DNA from: Octopus sinensis | Lineage: Eukaryota | Direction of reading: 5' to 3' | Length of the DNA: 64,000 nucleotides | Assembly (NCBI RefSeq): GCF_006345805.1 | Contig: NC_043006.1 | Location: 100,192,001-100,256,000 of the forward strand | Shown here: positions 23,371-36,229 of the stretch, piece by piece | How positions within the stretch are numbered: the stretch's first letter is position 1 | Layout: each line of letters opens with the position of its first letter | Position numbers and translations under genes: made by a program | Notes under the pieces: model-generated | Database searches by the model: none | Told to the model about the DNA's origin: nothing | The model's input: only the letters and a program-made list of their open reading frames with translations

Positions 23371-23626
23371 ATATATATATACATATATGCTTGTATGTCT
23401 CATGCGTCCAGCTTAAAGATCCCCTGAAGGTAAATGACAGAGTATTCAGCTCTAACAATACGTCTAAGTTACGTCGCACCAACAGAATGACTTTTCGAAT
23501 TCATACTGCTTCTGTCGCTAATAATTAACTTTTAACAAACTTGCTGGTTATTTGCAACATCAGTTCTTCATCAGTCACTTGAACTTATGTATGAATCTAG
23601 CAGTGAGATTTGACTGGTATGCGGCT

Positions 23627-23785
23627 GGGTTCAAATTCCGCCGAGGTCGACTTTGCCTTTCATCCTTTCTGGGTCGATAAATTAAGTACCAGTTACGCAC
23701 TGGGGTCGATATAATCGACTTAATACCTATGTCTGTCCTTATTTGTCCCCTCTGTGTTTAGCCCCTTGTGGGTAATAAAGAAATA
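23627..23785 (+). mobile_element. 5'-truncated Nin/Deu-like SINE with 11-bp TSD
   Basis: GGGTTCAAATTCCGCCGAGGTCGACTTTGCCTTTCATCCTTTC..; TSD GGTATGCGGCT at 23616-23626 and 23786-23796. Confidence 0.85.
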
Positions 23786-23835
23786 GGTATGCGGCTACCA
23801 GATGTGTGTGTGTGCATGTGAGGTGTGTGTACATA

Positions 23836-24520
23836 TGCAAGGTGGTCGGGGTAAATTCGACGATATGTTCTGTCTACTTTTATTCAGGAACATGTTGATG
23901 TATTAGGGAATAATCCACGGCATTGGGGAGTAGAAAACTTAAATTTGTAATTGAGAAAAATTTAGCTGACTTGAATTGCTGAAGGCATCTGAATATTGGA
24001 AGAGAGTTAACTCGCGTCGTTATGAAAATGCTGAGTTTATGATTGCTGCTCAATGTTCTGTGTATAATATAAAGGCTGTAAGACCTTTACATAGCCAGTT
24101 GCAACGAAGACTACGACACCGTGGCCAGCAAGAGGCAACACAGAGACCGTTCTGGCTGCGCCCCCGCCGCGATTACTCATCGCGCCCATGAACAGGGCCT
24201 TAGGCTCATTTCAGACGGCAATGTGAAACTGATGGAGACTGTTGTTAAACTCTGGTTGGAGCAGATTGCTGCCAGAAGGCCATATGTTTGAGGCAGTGCG
24301 TTTGGATCCTGGTCATACACTCGAAGATAGTCAGAGAATTTTTACAACTTCATCAGCCCAATTTATGGCCTTGTAACTTCACTGATTGTAAACTAAAAGA
24401 TTATAATGTATGAGGCATGGTTGAGAAATACACCAAACAGTCTGTCTGCAAGACCCTGGCCGAGCTGCGGACCAAAATCAAAATGTTCGAAGATCTTCCC
24501 AGAGACACTGTCAGCAAAGC
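23836..24520 (+). mobile_element. Tc1/mariner DD37D (maT-like) remnant
   Basis: HEQGLRLISDGNVKLMETVVKLWLEQIAARRPYV, NFYNFISPIYG..., KTLAELRTKIK.FEDLPRDTVSKA; candidate 5' TIR CAAGGTGGTCGGGGTAAATTC. Confidence 0.65.
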
Positions 24521-24521
24521 A

Positions 24522-24522
24522 A

Positions 24523-24562
<40 letters not shown>

Positions 24563-24572
24563 GCTACTACTA

Positions 24573-24607
<35 letters not shown>

Positions 24608-24652
24608 ACTACTACTACTAATAATAATAATAATAATAATATTAATACTAAT

Positions 24653-24689
<37 letters not shown>

Positions 24690-24697
24690 ATAATAAT

Positions 24698-24732
<35 letters not shown>

Positions 24733-24829
24733 TCATCAATATTATTATTATTATTATTACTATTATTATTATTATTATTATTATTATTACTACTACTACC
24801 ACTACTACTACTATTATTATTATTATTAC

Positions 24830-24876
<47 letters not shown>

Positions 24877-24896
24877 TATTATTATTATTATTATAA
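24522..24896. repeat. Compound (TAC)/(TGC)/(TAA)/(ATT) microsatellite
   Basis: Directly visible, with a strand switch from AAT to ATT at about 24735. Confidence 0.95.
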
Positions 24897-24905
24897 TCTT
24901 CATAT

Positions 24906-25113
24906 AGGCAATGACCTAGTGGTTAGGGCAGCGGACTTGCGGTCGGAGGATCGCGGTTTCGATTCCCAGACCGGGCGTTGTGTGTGTTTATTGAGCGAAA
25001 AACACCTAAAAGCTCCACGAGACTCCGGCAGGAGGTGGTGATCCCTGCTGTACTCTTTCACCACTCTAAAAGGCGGTGCTCCAGCATGGCCGCAGTCAAA
25101 TGACTGAAACAAG
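24906..25113 (+). mobile_element. tRNA-derived SINE head joined to a CORE-like SINE tail
   Basis: The head matches 51490-51645; the end GGTGCTCCAGCATGGCCGCAGTCAAATGACTGAAACAAGTA matches the tail of 10150-10526. Confidence 0.7.
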
Positions 25114-25139
25114 TACAAAAAAAAATACACTTAACAAAT

Positions 25140-25650
25140 TGGACTGATGTAAAAGTAAAGAATCCTCATATGTATATCAGAATTGCGTTCACATTTTTCG
25201 CTTCATAGTTCAATTTATACCGATCAACCCTTCTAAGTATGCAAATACTATCACTGTCATTCTTCCGTAGCCTTGCTTTTATTCTGTCGTAGATTGCCTT
25301 TTGCCCATCTGTCATGTCACCATTAGTTTTATTGTCTTCTTCCAAACCAGCTATATGTCTCTCATCGAGCAACCTATCACTGTTCTTTTCCAGTGGTTTA
25401 TTAGAGATTCCACCTCTGCTTCCTGCTATGAGATTATGTTTATCAGCAGAAACTGTATTTTCATCGTTTCCTCTGCTGCTGTTTTCTAATCTTTAAATAG
25501 CTTCGAGCTCTACTTCTGCGAACCAACGGCTGTTTCTTATTGTTCTAGCTTCATCACATAATCTCTGTACCGTGAGTTGAAACAATCCTCATTCCCTCTA
25601 TTGATCATATACACGTTATCAGTTCCCCGAAAATGAACACCATTTTGGGG
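25140..25650 (-). mobile_element. R4-like LINE N-terminal ORF remnant
   Basis: QRLCDEARTIRNSRWFAEVELEAI and ILRRVDRYKLNYEAKNVNAIL resemble R4 N-terminal regions. Confidence 0.55.
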
Positions 25651-26121
25651 TTGCTCAAGTAGTAAAACTCCATGCACACAGCAATGATTTGTTTGTTCTA
25701 TCTACGCCATGTGCGCTGGTACCTTGCTGGTTAAAGACAGGCTTGAGTCGGGCCACTATCTCTGAGCCTGCCGGGTGTAAGACTGTCACCATCAAGAGTT
25801 TCAGTTTCATTACCACCTTCATTCACAATATTTTATTCTTTCATTGTCACTTATTTGAGGTAGCGATTGTCAGGTTGCGCATTTACCAGTGTTATTATTG
25901 TGACACCATCATGGGATGTATAGAGAGATTCCAACCGCTTCCTTTCATTATTATTATTATCATCATTGATATATTATTTTGATTTTTTGACAACTATTTG
26001 TTATTGTTAATACTTCCTCTCATCCGACATAAGGTTTGACTAAATTATTATTATCATTATTACCACCATCACCATTATTACTATCATTATTATTATTTCC
26101 ATTTATTTTTAAAAGTTATTA

Positions 26122-26148
26122 TTGAATCTTGTTTACTTTCATATTTTG

Positions 26149-26222
<74 letters not shown>

Positions 26223-26286
26223 CAGCAGCAGCATTAGTAGTAGTAGTAGTAGCACTAGCAGTAGTAGCAACAGTAGTAGTAGTAGC

Positions 26287-26329
<43 letters not shown>

Positions 26330-26340
26330 TAACAACAACA
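26122..26340. repeat. (ATT)/(AGT)/(AGC) microsatellite
   Basis: Directly visible. Confidence 0.95.
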
Positions 26341-27419
26341 GGCCTACAGCCCAAGTGTGATACAGATAAGACCTGATACACGTTTTGGTGCGATGAACTT
26401 AATCCGCCGCCTTGTTTAACATCACCATCTGGTCCTTCGCTACCCGTAGCAGAGCTCAATCTGCTGTGAGCACTCGGGTCAGGTTTTCAGCTTGAGGGAG
26501 CTTCTTTTTCCTCACTCTTCTCGGAGATACTGGGAGTTAGACGGGAGCAAGTGTCCTGCCCTTCTCTCCTTGGTTAAACGGTAAAAGGGAGGCAGACGAA
26601 AAAAGTCAAGAATTGTTGATGAATTTTAAAATAGAAGCAATAGCCATCTGTAATCTCTGTAAGGAATCCAAAATCGATATTACGTAACAACGGTCAGGAA
26701 GAGAGCTTAAAAGAACTAAAACTTTAAATGTCATTGCTAATACGTTTTATGTAAAAACAGAATTGAACAAGATTAGCCAGTAAAATTTATTACCCAATAT
26801 AGCAATAGACTAAATAAACTAAAACTTAGAAATCAATGTAAATTATAAAGGAAATCTGCTCTCAGAGATATTTCAAAGATGAATTTCTTCCAACAATGAA
26901 AAGAGAAGCATTTAGTCATATGTTGTCAGCAAGTAAATTGAGCAATATTATAAGAGACTACATATTTTGGGGAGTGATTATTCGATTAAATCGGCCAAAT
27001 ACACGATTATTCACATATTATCAAAGCTTTCGTACTTGCGCTTTGAACTCAGATACAAATTGAACCATACGAAAAACTGAAATAATATATTCCCTCGTAA
27101 TCTATGTTGTTTTTAAACCACTGTTCTAGTTATGATGTTAAAATATTACCCGCACATTTTAAGGTAAAAATAATTAGTTTTGCAAATATTTGGTAAGTAA
27201 AAACAAAAACAAAAAATAATAAAACAAAATTCAACCGAAGATGCACTGAAAGAGAAAGACATTTGTCAATACGGAATGAAGTACAGGAAGAAAACTGAAA
27301 TATTGGATTGGGAAGCAAATAAAAAAAGTGAAACCCCAGAAGTAGGAGACCGAGTGATAGAGACAGATGGAGATGGTGAGAAAGAATGAAAGAAAGTGTG
27401 CGTGTTGTGTGTGAGAGGG

Positions 27420-27900
27420 AATGATTAAAACAAGAAATCTTAGAAAATTTGCAACATATTAAGCGATTTGCAAAACAGCATGGAATCTTCTTTAAACATT
27501 AGAAAATGTTCGAAAGAAACCCAAGAATATTTCATAGAAGCTTAGCTAAGTAAAAATGAGATAAAAGAATCACTAGAAAACCTCGAAATAGAGAGACTGC
27601 AATGCGAGAGATGTTGGTGAGAGGAAAATGAATATCTTACTAAGACGACTTCCGCAAAAAGTAAAGGAAAAGGAATAATGAAATAATAGGAACCGAATGG
27701 GTGTTGCATTAGAAGTAAAGATCTGGGAACTGAAAACGCCAGCATTCCATGGAATTCCGACTTTTTTTATACATGTTATATAATTATAGAGATATTCTAG
27801 GGAATAATTCTGAAACAACCGAAAGTAATATCAAGTTGCCTATTAGAAATATGAAAGACACTTATTCCAAGAACTAGGCACCGATGAGTCCAAGAAACAG
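27420..27900 (+). mobile_element. Highly decayed R4-like RT N-terminal region
   Basis: KMFERNPRIF and IWELKTPAFHGIPTFF parallel KKFNSDPQKF and NWKAPGHDKIPNFW of the 32.8-36.1 kb copy. Confidence 0.35.
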
Positions 27901-28164
27901 TATTTTGTCATTTTACACATGATGAACACAAACAATGCTGTTTTCTAACATAGCACTGCACCATCTCCATATATTTTGAGGATGCATGTAATTTTTCTTT
28001 TATATTCATTAGAGTGATTGGTGAGTAATTAGTTTATTAATAGGTTGGTAAAAGAAAAGACAGGAGGCAAATAGTAATTTAGTATCTAAAAAAATGTATA
28101 TTAATGCATTCAATGTTACAAAATACCAAGTCTCATTGGTATTTTCTAACTATGAAAGCTTCGT

Positions 28165-28198
<34 letters not shown>

Positions 28199-28287
28199 AA
28201 ATACACGCATACATATACACATACAAACACAGAAACACACACACACATAAATATACACACAAATAAACACACATACACAACATAAGC

Positions 28288-28319
<32 letters not shown>

Positions 28320-30461
28320 TATATATACATATATAGTTCACAGATGAGATCCAAAGATTCCCTGTATAGAAGACACTTAGTAGTGTTCAAAAGATTCAAA
28401 CTTAAGCTGAGATGACTTTACAGGGGATCCAACCATAAAGTAAAGAAGGACCATAAGAGGGATCGAGTTAAGCGGTTATAGAGACAATTATGCGGATAAG
28501 CGAATTAGAAACATCAAAAATATTAAATATATTAAATACATAAAATACGAAAGACGTTTTATATGTATATATGCAAAGCAAGGGACAGCAAAAGGAGGAA
28601 ACTTTCGGATGATGAAAATTTATGTATAAATATATAAATTAAAGGGGTGGGGGAGAAAAGTGTTAAAAGTTCAACAGCTGTTTCTGGGAGCTCGGTGATC
28701 CATAATAATGTTGGTAGATCTAGTTCAACACAATATGTGACTAAATGGATAAAATCAACATTGGTTGAGACGAGCCTCCGTCATCAGGGTAGAGAAGATC
28801 TCACATTTCAGATCTTAATGCAGAAGAATTGAATGGTGTAATGATTAAATGTGGAGATATAGCTGTATTAGAGGGAGGACTGGTGGTGTTAAGACGGGGT
28901 ATAGTAAGGCGAGAAAAGATAGGTCAAGTAGAAGAAGGAGGGTACTAAGAGAGGTAGCAGCAGAGGTGGCAAATATATGGAAATATGTCTATTGAGAGAT
29001 AGACAGATAGATATTCATATATTTATGTATGTATATATATATATATATGTATTTATGTATGTATGTATTTATATCAATCTTCCTGAGAAAACTTATGTCA
29101 AATAGTGGCGTAGGGGTGAAAATATAGATTCCCCATGAATACGGTAATATGAGAGGGCATAAAGAAAAATAAAAGGTAGCAAATGTGATTTTACAGTGGG
29201 AAGAGATATGGGACGTCATAAAATTCTTGGCTAAAGGAATCACTATAAATATGTTGAACTTATTTTCAGCAAGCATTTGACAATTTGGCCTACAAGAGTA
29301 ACATTATTATGGGTTATAGTAAGATTAACAAACCCAGTTTCTCCAAGGAAATGTATTTACCAGAGAGACAATTACACTTCAACAGTTTACGAACAGCCCA
29401 ACACAGCTACAAAAGAGAACTGCGGGTGATAAATCTGCAATGAGTTTAGAATTCAAATTTTGTGTATTGACTATTCGAAAGTGTATGCAAATGGTGATAT
29501 ACTAAGGGATGATTTGCTTTAAGTAAAGCACCATTCCAGAAATCTACCATTAAAGATATTTGTTTCAGATTAAACTGTTAAAAGTAGAAACTGACAAAAA
29601 ATTATTGGTTTGGATATGGAGGGATTTGATCAAGAACGCAATTGACCATACAGAAATAAAGGAATATATTAAATAGCAAATTAGAAGAGTTTCAGAGATA
29701 GTTCTAAAAACGAAAAGAAAGAAATCGATGTAATTGATATAATATAAGTATATAACTAATTACAGTCTCATTCTAAAACACTGGAATAAAATTAGCAAGG
29801 AAGCACAGAAAATTAAATGGAATATGTTATGATTGCATTTTTAATATGCAACGATAAATCTGATATTCGTACGATATACAGATAATGCAGAGTGGCGGGC
29901 GAGGGGATCTAGCAAAAATAGAACGCCATTATGAAATAGTCATGACAAGAATAATAAGGTCAGTCATAAAATAATGATAAATAAAAACAATTTTATTTAA
30001 TTATAGATCCAATTATGTACGTGAGAGTTTTAAATATATCAAGAGTTAGAGATAATGAGAAGCAGAATAGAGAAAATAAAATTGAAATTAATCGGGGAGA
30101 ATACAGGGAGGATGCAAAGTAAATGTGTGGTCACTATCTCCAAAATAGGAAACCATAGGAGTTAAGAGATACTGGAGCCCAATTTTTTTAGTCTGAGTTA
30201 TATAGACGTAATTCGCTTTTGAATTTGCTGGAAACTATGCATTTATAAGAATAATTATGAGTAATATTTTGTAAAGACTTGAAAGCCAACATGAAGAAAG
30301 AAATTTAAAAAAAAACTTATTGTATTACCATAATGTAAAATGTAATATATTATCAATATATATTGCTTGTTGAAGTACATACGAGGTTGAAGGATTGGAA
30401 AAAATATATAAATACGTAGGATTACAACAAACAAAAATCTGTGGGATATATACATCATGTA

Positions 30462-31752
30462 TCAGGTCATCCCATAATTTCTGTCCGATTTTACCTTTTC
30501 TAAAATTAAATGGAATTTAATAGTATTTTAGAATGTCTAATGGAATTAAAAATTATAGTTATGCATTTGTGTACATTTAAACTAATTAAATATTATTTTA
30601 CTGAATAATAGAATTAAAATTTCTTTGATTAAAACCCTTTCTAAAATGAAAGTATCCAAACAGCATTTAAGGCACATAATGCTTTATGGGAACAAAAAAA
30701 GGAAACTCTGCAGCCGGAACGACTCGAAACATACACTCTGTTTATGGGAAAGAATGCTTGAATGAAAGAACTTGCAGAAGATGTTTTGCAAAATTCAGAA
30801 GTGGAGATTTCAGCCTTGAAGATGGAGATCAAACAGGACGTCCAGTTGAATTTGATGATAAGCTCCTTGAGGCATTACATGAAGAAAATCCTGCATTATC
30901 AGTTGAGGAATTGGTAATAAAGCTTAGTTCAAACCACACAGCTGTTCATCGTCATCTTCAACAACTTGGAAAGCTTCCTAAACTTGGAAAATGGGTGCCT
31001 CAGGAATTGTCCAAAAGCAACCGCAAATCCCGAGTTGACATCTGCTCTTCTCTCCATTCTCGCGAACTCATTTCACCCTTTTTGGACAGACTTGTGGCTG
31101 GTGACGAAGAATGGATCATCTATTGAAATGTTAAACGTCGTAAGCAGTGGCTTGGTAAAAGGGAAAATGCTCAACTACAATCGAGAAGGGAACTTCATGG
31201 AAAAAAGGTTCTTCTCTCTATCTGGTAGGATTGCAAAGGAGTAATTCACTTTGAATTGTTACCACATAATGTAACAATCAATGCTCAAGCCTACTGTCAT
31301 CAGTTAGAGCGTTTGAACCAAGCTTTGAAGAAAACAAAAGACCCTCTTTAGTGAATCAAAAAGGAGTGATGTTTCATCAAGACAATGCGCGACCCCACAC
31401 TGCAAAGATCACATCATAGAAGATCGAAGAGCTTGGTTGCGAAAAAGTTCCTCATCTACCTTATTCTCCCGACCTTGCACCTTCAGACTACCATTTGTTT
31501 CGAAACTTACAGAATCATTTGGGGGACATAACTTTCGCAAGCCGGGAGGAGGTCGAAACTGACATTTCAGAGTTCTTCGCTTTGTTACTAAAAGAGTTTT
31601 ACATTGATGGGATTTAAAAGCTTGTAAATAGATGGAAGGAAGTCATAGATAATCAGGTAAAGTACATTGATGATTAAATTTCAATTAAATATTATATTTG
31701 ATCACTTGTTTTCATTATTCAAAAGCTGGGCAGAACTTAGGGGATGACCTGA
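30462..31752 (+). mobile_element. Full-length mariner (DD34D) element with disrupted transposase
   Basis: TIRs TCAGGTCATCCCATAATTTCTGTCC / reverse complement TCAGGTCATCCCCTAAGTTCTGCCC, TA on both sides, 1291 bp. Motifs WVPQEL, VAGDEEW, FHQDNARPH, YSPDLAPSDYHLF; frameshifts and stops. Confidence 0.95.
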
Positions 31753-32569
31753 TATATGAATGATAGAAATTACAATAAAGACACTACAGAATGAATTAGT
31801 AGGAGAGGTTCTATAAATGGGGGATCCACCACACCTTCCCTTTTTCACACCAAATGCATGTACTGTCTTGAACAGACGTCAGCCTGCAGCTGCATAGTCA
31901 CTGTGGGTCATTTGGCCACACCAATCTCCCACTCTAATCCATTTCACATTATTTATTCCACGGCTGCGCCTGCATCTCTATTCTTATCGTGCCATTCAAA
32001 TACTCCATCATGAAATGGATAACGGCGTAAAGCAGTATTCTCAAAACTTTCGACAGCTTTTACAATGGCTCCTCCGAAAGAAAAAGAAAACAATCTATAC
32101 TTATTGGTCACTACAGGTTTGTGGACCCAACATTGGCAGTTGATTTGGTAAGACGCTGAGACGCTTTCACATGTAATTACAACAAATAACAGCTATTCAA
32201 TATAAATCCACAAATCATTGACCCACAAACACTGAAGGAGCGTGTGTAGGGTCCTCTTTTTGTCATAAACAGATCGGGAACAGGTGCAGTTACTACTGAC
32301 TCAAAAGTTGCCAATAAATGATTTCCCGAACAGATATATGTTAATATATTTCAATGCCATGCCAACAATTATTGTGAATAATCAGTAATACTAAACTTGA
32401 AAGTTTTCCAGAAAAGACTATTTACATTCTCCTCGCGAAACCCAAAATGCATTACCATTGATGCTCCTATCCGCCACTAACTTTTTAAAGAACTTGTAGG
32501 TTGATTTTCGAATGACAGTATTATCCATCTTGTAATCTTCAGGGAACGCAAGGTAGCTTTTCGAATAAT

Positions 32570-32651
32570 AATACTAATACTACAAGAACAACATCTACTA
32601 CTACTACTGCTACTACTACTACTACTACTACTTACTACTACTACTACTACT

Positions 32652-32686
<35 letters not shown>

Positions 32687-32761
32687 ATACTACTATTACT
32701 ACTACTACTACTTACTACTACTATTACTACTGCTACTGCTAATAATAATAGTACTAATAAT

Positions 32762-32822
<61 letters not shown>
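32570..32822. repeat. (TAC)n/(TAA)n microsatellite upstream of the R4/Dong copy
   Basis: Directly visible. Confidence 0.95.
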
Positions 32823-32825
<3 letters not shown>

Positions 32826-35800
32826 TATGGAAGGTAAATAATAGAGATATAGACTTGGATACAGCAATGAACCCTAATAAATTAGCTAACGTACGAAGAT
32901 ACATTCTCAAAGCCAAAAAAATATCAGAAATAGAAATAGAACATTTAAAAGAAAAAATACACCAGGAAAATGTAGATAGAAGCCACACAACAATGCCCAA
33001 TAATATAAACACTGAAACTGTAAAACACGAAGACAAACGCAACATTCCAACAAAACACGATGTTAACAACGAAGGGGAGCCTAATGATTATGATAATATA
33101 AAAAATAAAATAATCAAAGAACTGAAAACCACAGAGCTCAAAATGGACCACCGACCATACCTCCCAAGAATAAAAATAAACGCAATAACAACACCAATTA
33201 TAAACAACATAAACCTAGCCGTCACTGAACTAGCCACTGAAACAAAAAAAAGTGATATCACTGAACTAAATGACTTGATATACGCAGCAGCCACTGCAGC
33301 CACAAAAGAAGCTGGATACTCACCCAAACCCGCCCAAACAGGAGTACCACCACCCAAACAAACCCTGTGGATAAATAACATCCAAAACAAAATAAAAAAA
33401 TTTAGAAAAGACCTGTCGATTCTTAATGAAATCAGCAAACAAGCAACGCTACTGAGCAACAAAAAGAGAACAAAAATGCTCCGCAAATATAACATCACAG
33501 AAAAAGATTTGCCGGAGATAAAAGAAAAGCTGAAGCAAGATATCCTTGCCAAAGCTCAAAGGATCCGCCGGTACGAGAAACGCCAACGCTTCTTTGAACA
33601 GAACAAAAAGTTCAACTCCGACCCCCAAAAGTTCTACCAAGAACTGGGCAAAAATAAACGAACAGCCAAAAAAAAGGAGTATGAAAATAACAAACTCGGC
33701 ATCTGAACAACTTTGGACCCCCATAACAACTGAAGAGGTCACCCAGGCACTGCAAAAACTAAGCAACTGGAAGGCACCTGGGCATGACAAGATCCCCAAC
33801 TTCTGGTTGAAATATCTAACAGGAATGCACAAAAAGCTGGCTGAAAACTTTAACAGCATACTAGCAGAGCCAGAGACAATGCCTGAATGGCTCACGAAGG
33901 GGAAAACCATCTTAATTCCCAAATCAAATGAACCAACAAAACCAGAAAACTACAGACCAATAACCTGCCTCCCTACTATGTTAAAGGCATTTACTGCAGT
34001 GATATCGCAAAGGCTGAACAAGCACCTGGACGAAAACAAACTGTTCCCAGAGGAGCAGAAAGGATGCCGCAAGGGCTTATATGGCTGTAAAGATCAACTA
34101 ATGCTTAATAAAGCCGTAACTGAAGACAGCCACAGAAAGAAGAAAGGCCTCAGTATGGCCTGGATTGACTACAAAAAGGCGTTTGATAGCATCCCCCACA
34201 CATGGATCCTCGAAACACTAGCCATTAACAAAGTAGCACCAACAATCATAAAATTCATACAGCACTCTATGAATAAATGGCAAACAGTCCTACACCTCCA
34301 AACAAAAGAGGGACTCATGAAAACCAAAGACATCCCCATTAGAAGAGGAATATTCCAGGGAGACACGCTCTCTCCACTCCTTTTCTGCTTGGCACTGTCA
34401 CCTCTATCTGATATGCTAAATAGAACTGGATGCGGATATAAATGTTACGGCAAAACGATCAGCCACCTTTTTATATATGGATGACCTAAAACTATACGCT
34501 GCAAATGACAAACAGCTGGAAACACTATTAAAGACAGTTCATGGATTTACCAAAGAAATAGATATGAAATTTGGATTAGAAAAATGCGCCAAAATAACCA
34601 TGAAAAGAGGAAAACTAGTTAAGAGTAACAACATCACACTAGATAAAACCAATGAAATAAAAGAATTAGACCAAAGCCAAACTTACAAATACTTAGGAAT
34701 CCATGAACTAGATAAGACACAACACACACAAATGAAAGAGAAAATAAAAAAAGAATATTATAGACGAGTTAGATCAATACTAAAAACAGAGCTCAATGCT
34801 AAAAACAAGATAATAGGTATCAACAATTTAGCTGTCCCAGTTATAAGTTACAGCTACAATATCCTTAACTGGACACGAAATGAACTGTCCAAAATAGATA
34901 GGAAAACAAGAAAAATACTGACAGGATCTAGGATGCATCACCCAAAATCTGACTTAGAAAGACTATATATACAACGTATAGAAGGTGGTAGAGGCCTTAT
35001 ACAGCTGGAAAACTACTATAAAATAACCACCATAGGACTGCAAAAATACCTACTTCAGAAGGAAGGAAAACTGATCCAGATAGCAGCAAAACACGAGCAA
35101 AACAAAAAACTGTTCTCAGTATTTAAGGAAGCTGACAAATACAAACAAGAAATCATACCACCTAATAAACACAAAGAAGAAAAGAAGATGATGAAGAAAC
35201 AACAAAAGCTATAAAACAAATGAAATCCAAACTAAAAATAAAACAGCAACGAGCCATGATAAAACGATGGCAAGAAAAGCCCCTTCATGGTAAAACTGCA
35301 CTAAACCAAATGCAAAAGAAATAGACAAAGAAAAATCCCAGCAATGGTTGAGAAGCTCAGGACTCAAAGCAGAAACAGAGGGATTTTTAATTGCAGCACA
35401 AGACCAAAGCCTCCCCACCAGAAATTACCAAAAACATGTAATGAAAAGAAATATTACAAGTAACTGCAGAATATGTGGAGATGGACAAGAACCAATAAAT
35501 CATATTATCTCTAGCTGCCCAGTCCTGGCTAAGAAGGAATATATTCACAGACATGACAGAGTTGGAACCTACATACATTGGAAGCTATGCCAACATTATG
35601 GAATAACAACAGAAAAAAGATTGTATAGGCACACACCAGAAAAGGTCACAGAAAACGAGAAAGCAACCATACTCTGGGATATGCCGATACACACAGATAG
35701 AGAAATTAAGGCCAACAGACCAGATATAGTTGTCAGAGATCATGAAGAAAAAAAATGCTTTCTAATTGATGTATCAATACCGGCAGATGACAACGTGTCT

Positions 35801-36126
35801 CTAAAAGAAATGGAGAAACTTTCAAAATACAAAGACCTGGAAATAGAGGTAACTAGAATGTGGAACCTGAGAACAGAAACAATTCCTATCATAGTAGGTG
35901 CATTAGGCATGAAAAAAATATTCAGACAAATACATAACAAAAACACCAGGACTTACAAACACATATAACATACAGAAAATTGCACTACTAGGCACTGCAC
36001 ACATCCTACGCAGAACACTTTCCATACAATAACCATCAGAGCATCACAACAAATCACAGCACATACCCAAGGCACACAGAGCTGCGCTCGGTAGTGAAGT
36101 GAAAGCACGCTATAAAAATAAAACTA

Positions 36127-36130
<4 letters not shown>
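32823..36130 (+). mobile_element. R4/Dong-clade non-LTR retrotransposon (RT, CCHC, restriction-like endonuclease), 5'-truncated and frameshifted
   Basis: WKAPGHDKIPNFW, ENYRPITCLPT, EEQKGCRKG, WIDYKKAFDSIPH, GIFQGDTLSPLLF, (Y)MDDLKLY, CRICG..NHIISSC..HRHD, NRPDIV. The ORF is split over 32855-33706, 33546-34484, 34477-35214 and 35348-35968, with (TAA)n on both sides. Confidence 0.95.
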
Positions 36131-36219
<89 letters not shown>

Positions 36220-36229
36220 AAGAAGAGAA

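Noticed and set aside
26345-26585. HDV-like ribozyme in a putative R4 5' region
   Set aside because: The nested double pseudoknot could not be built by eye, and even the R4 assignment of this segment is weak.
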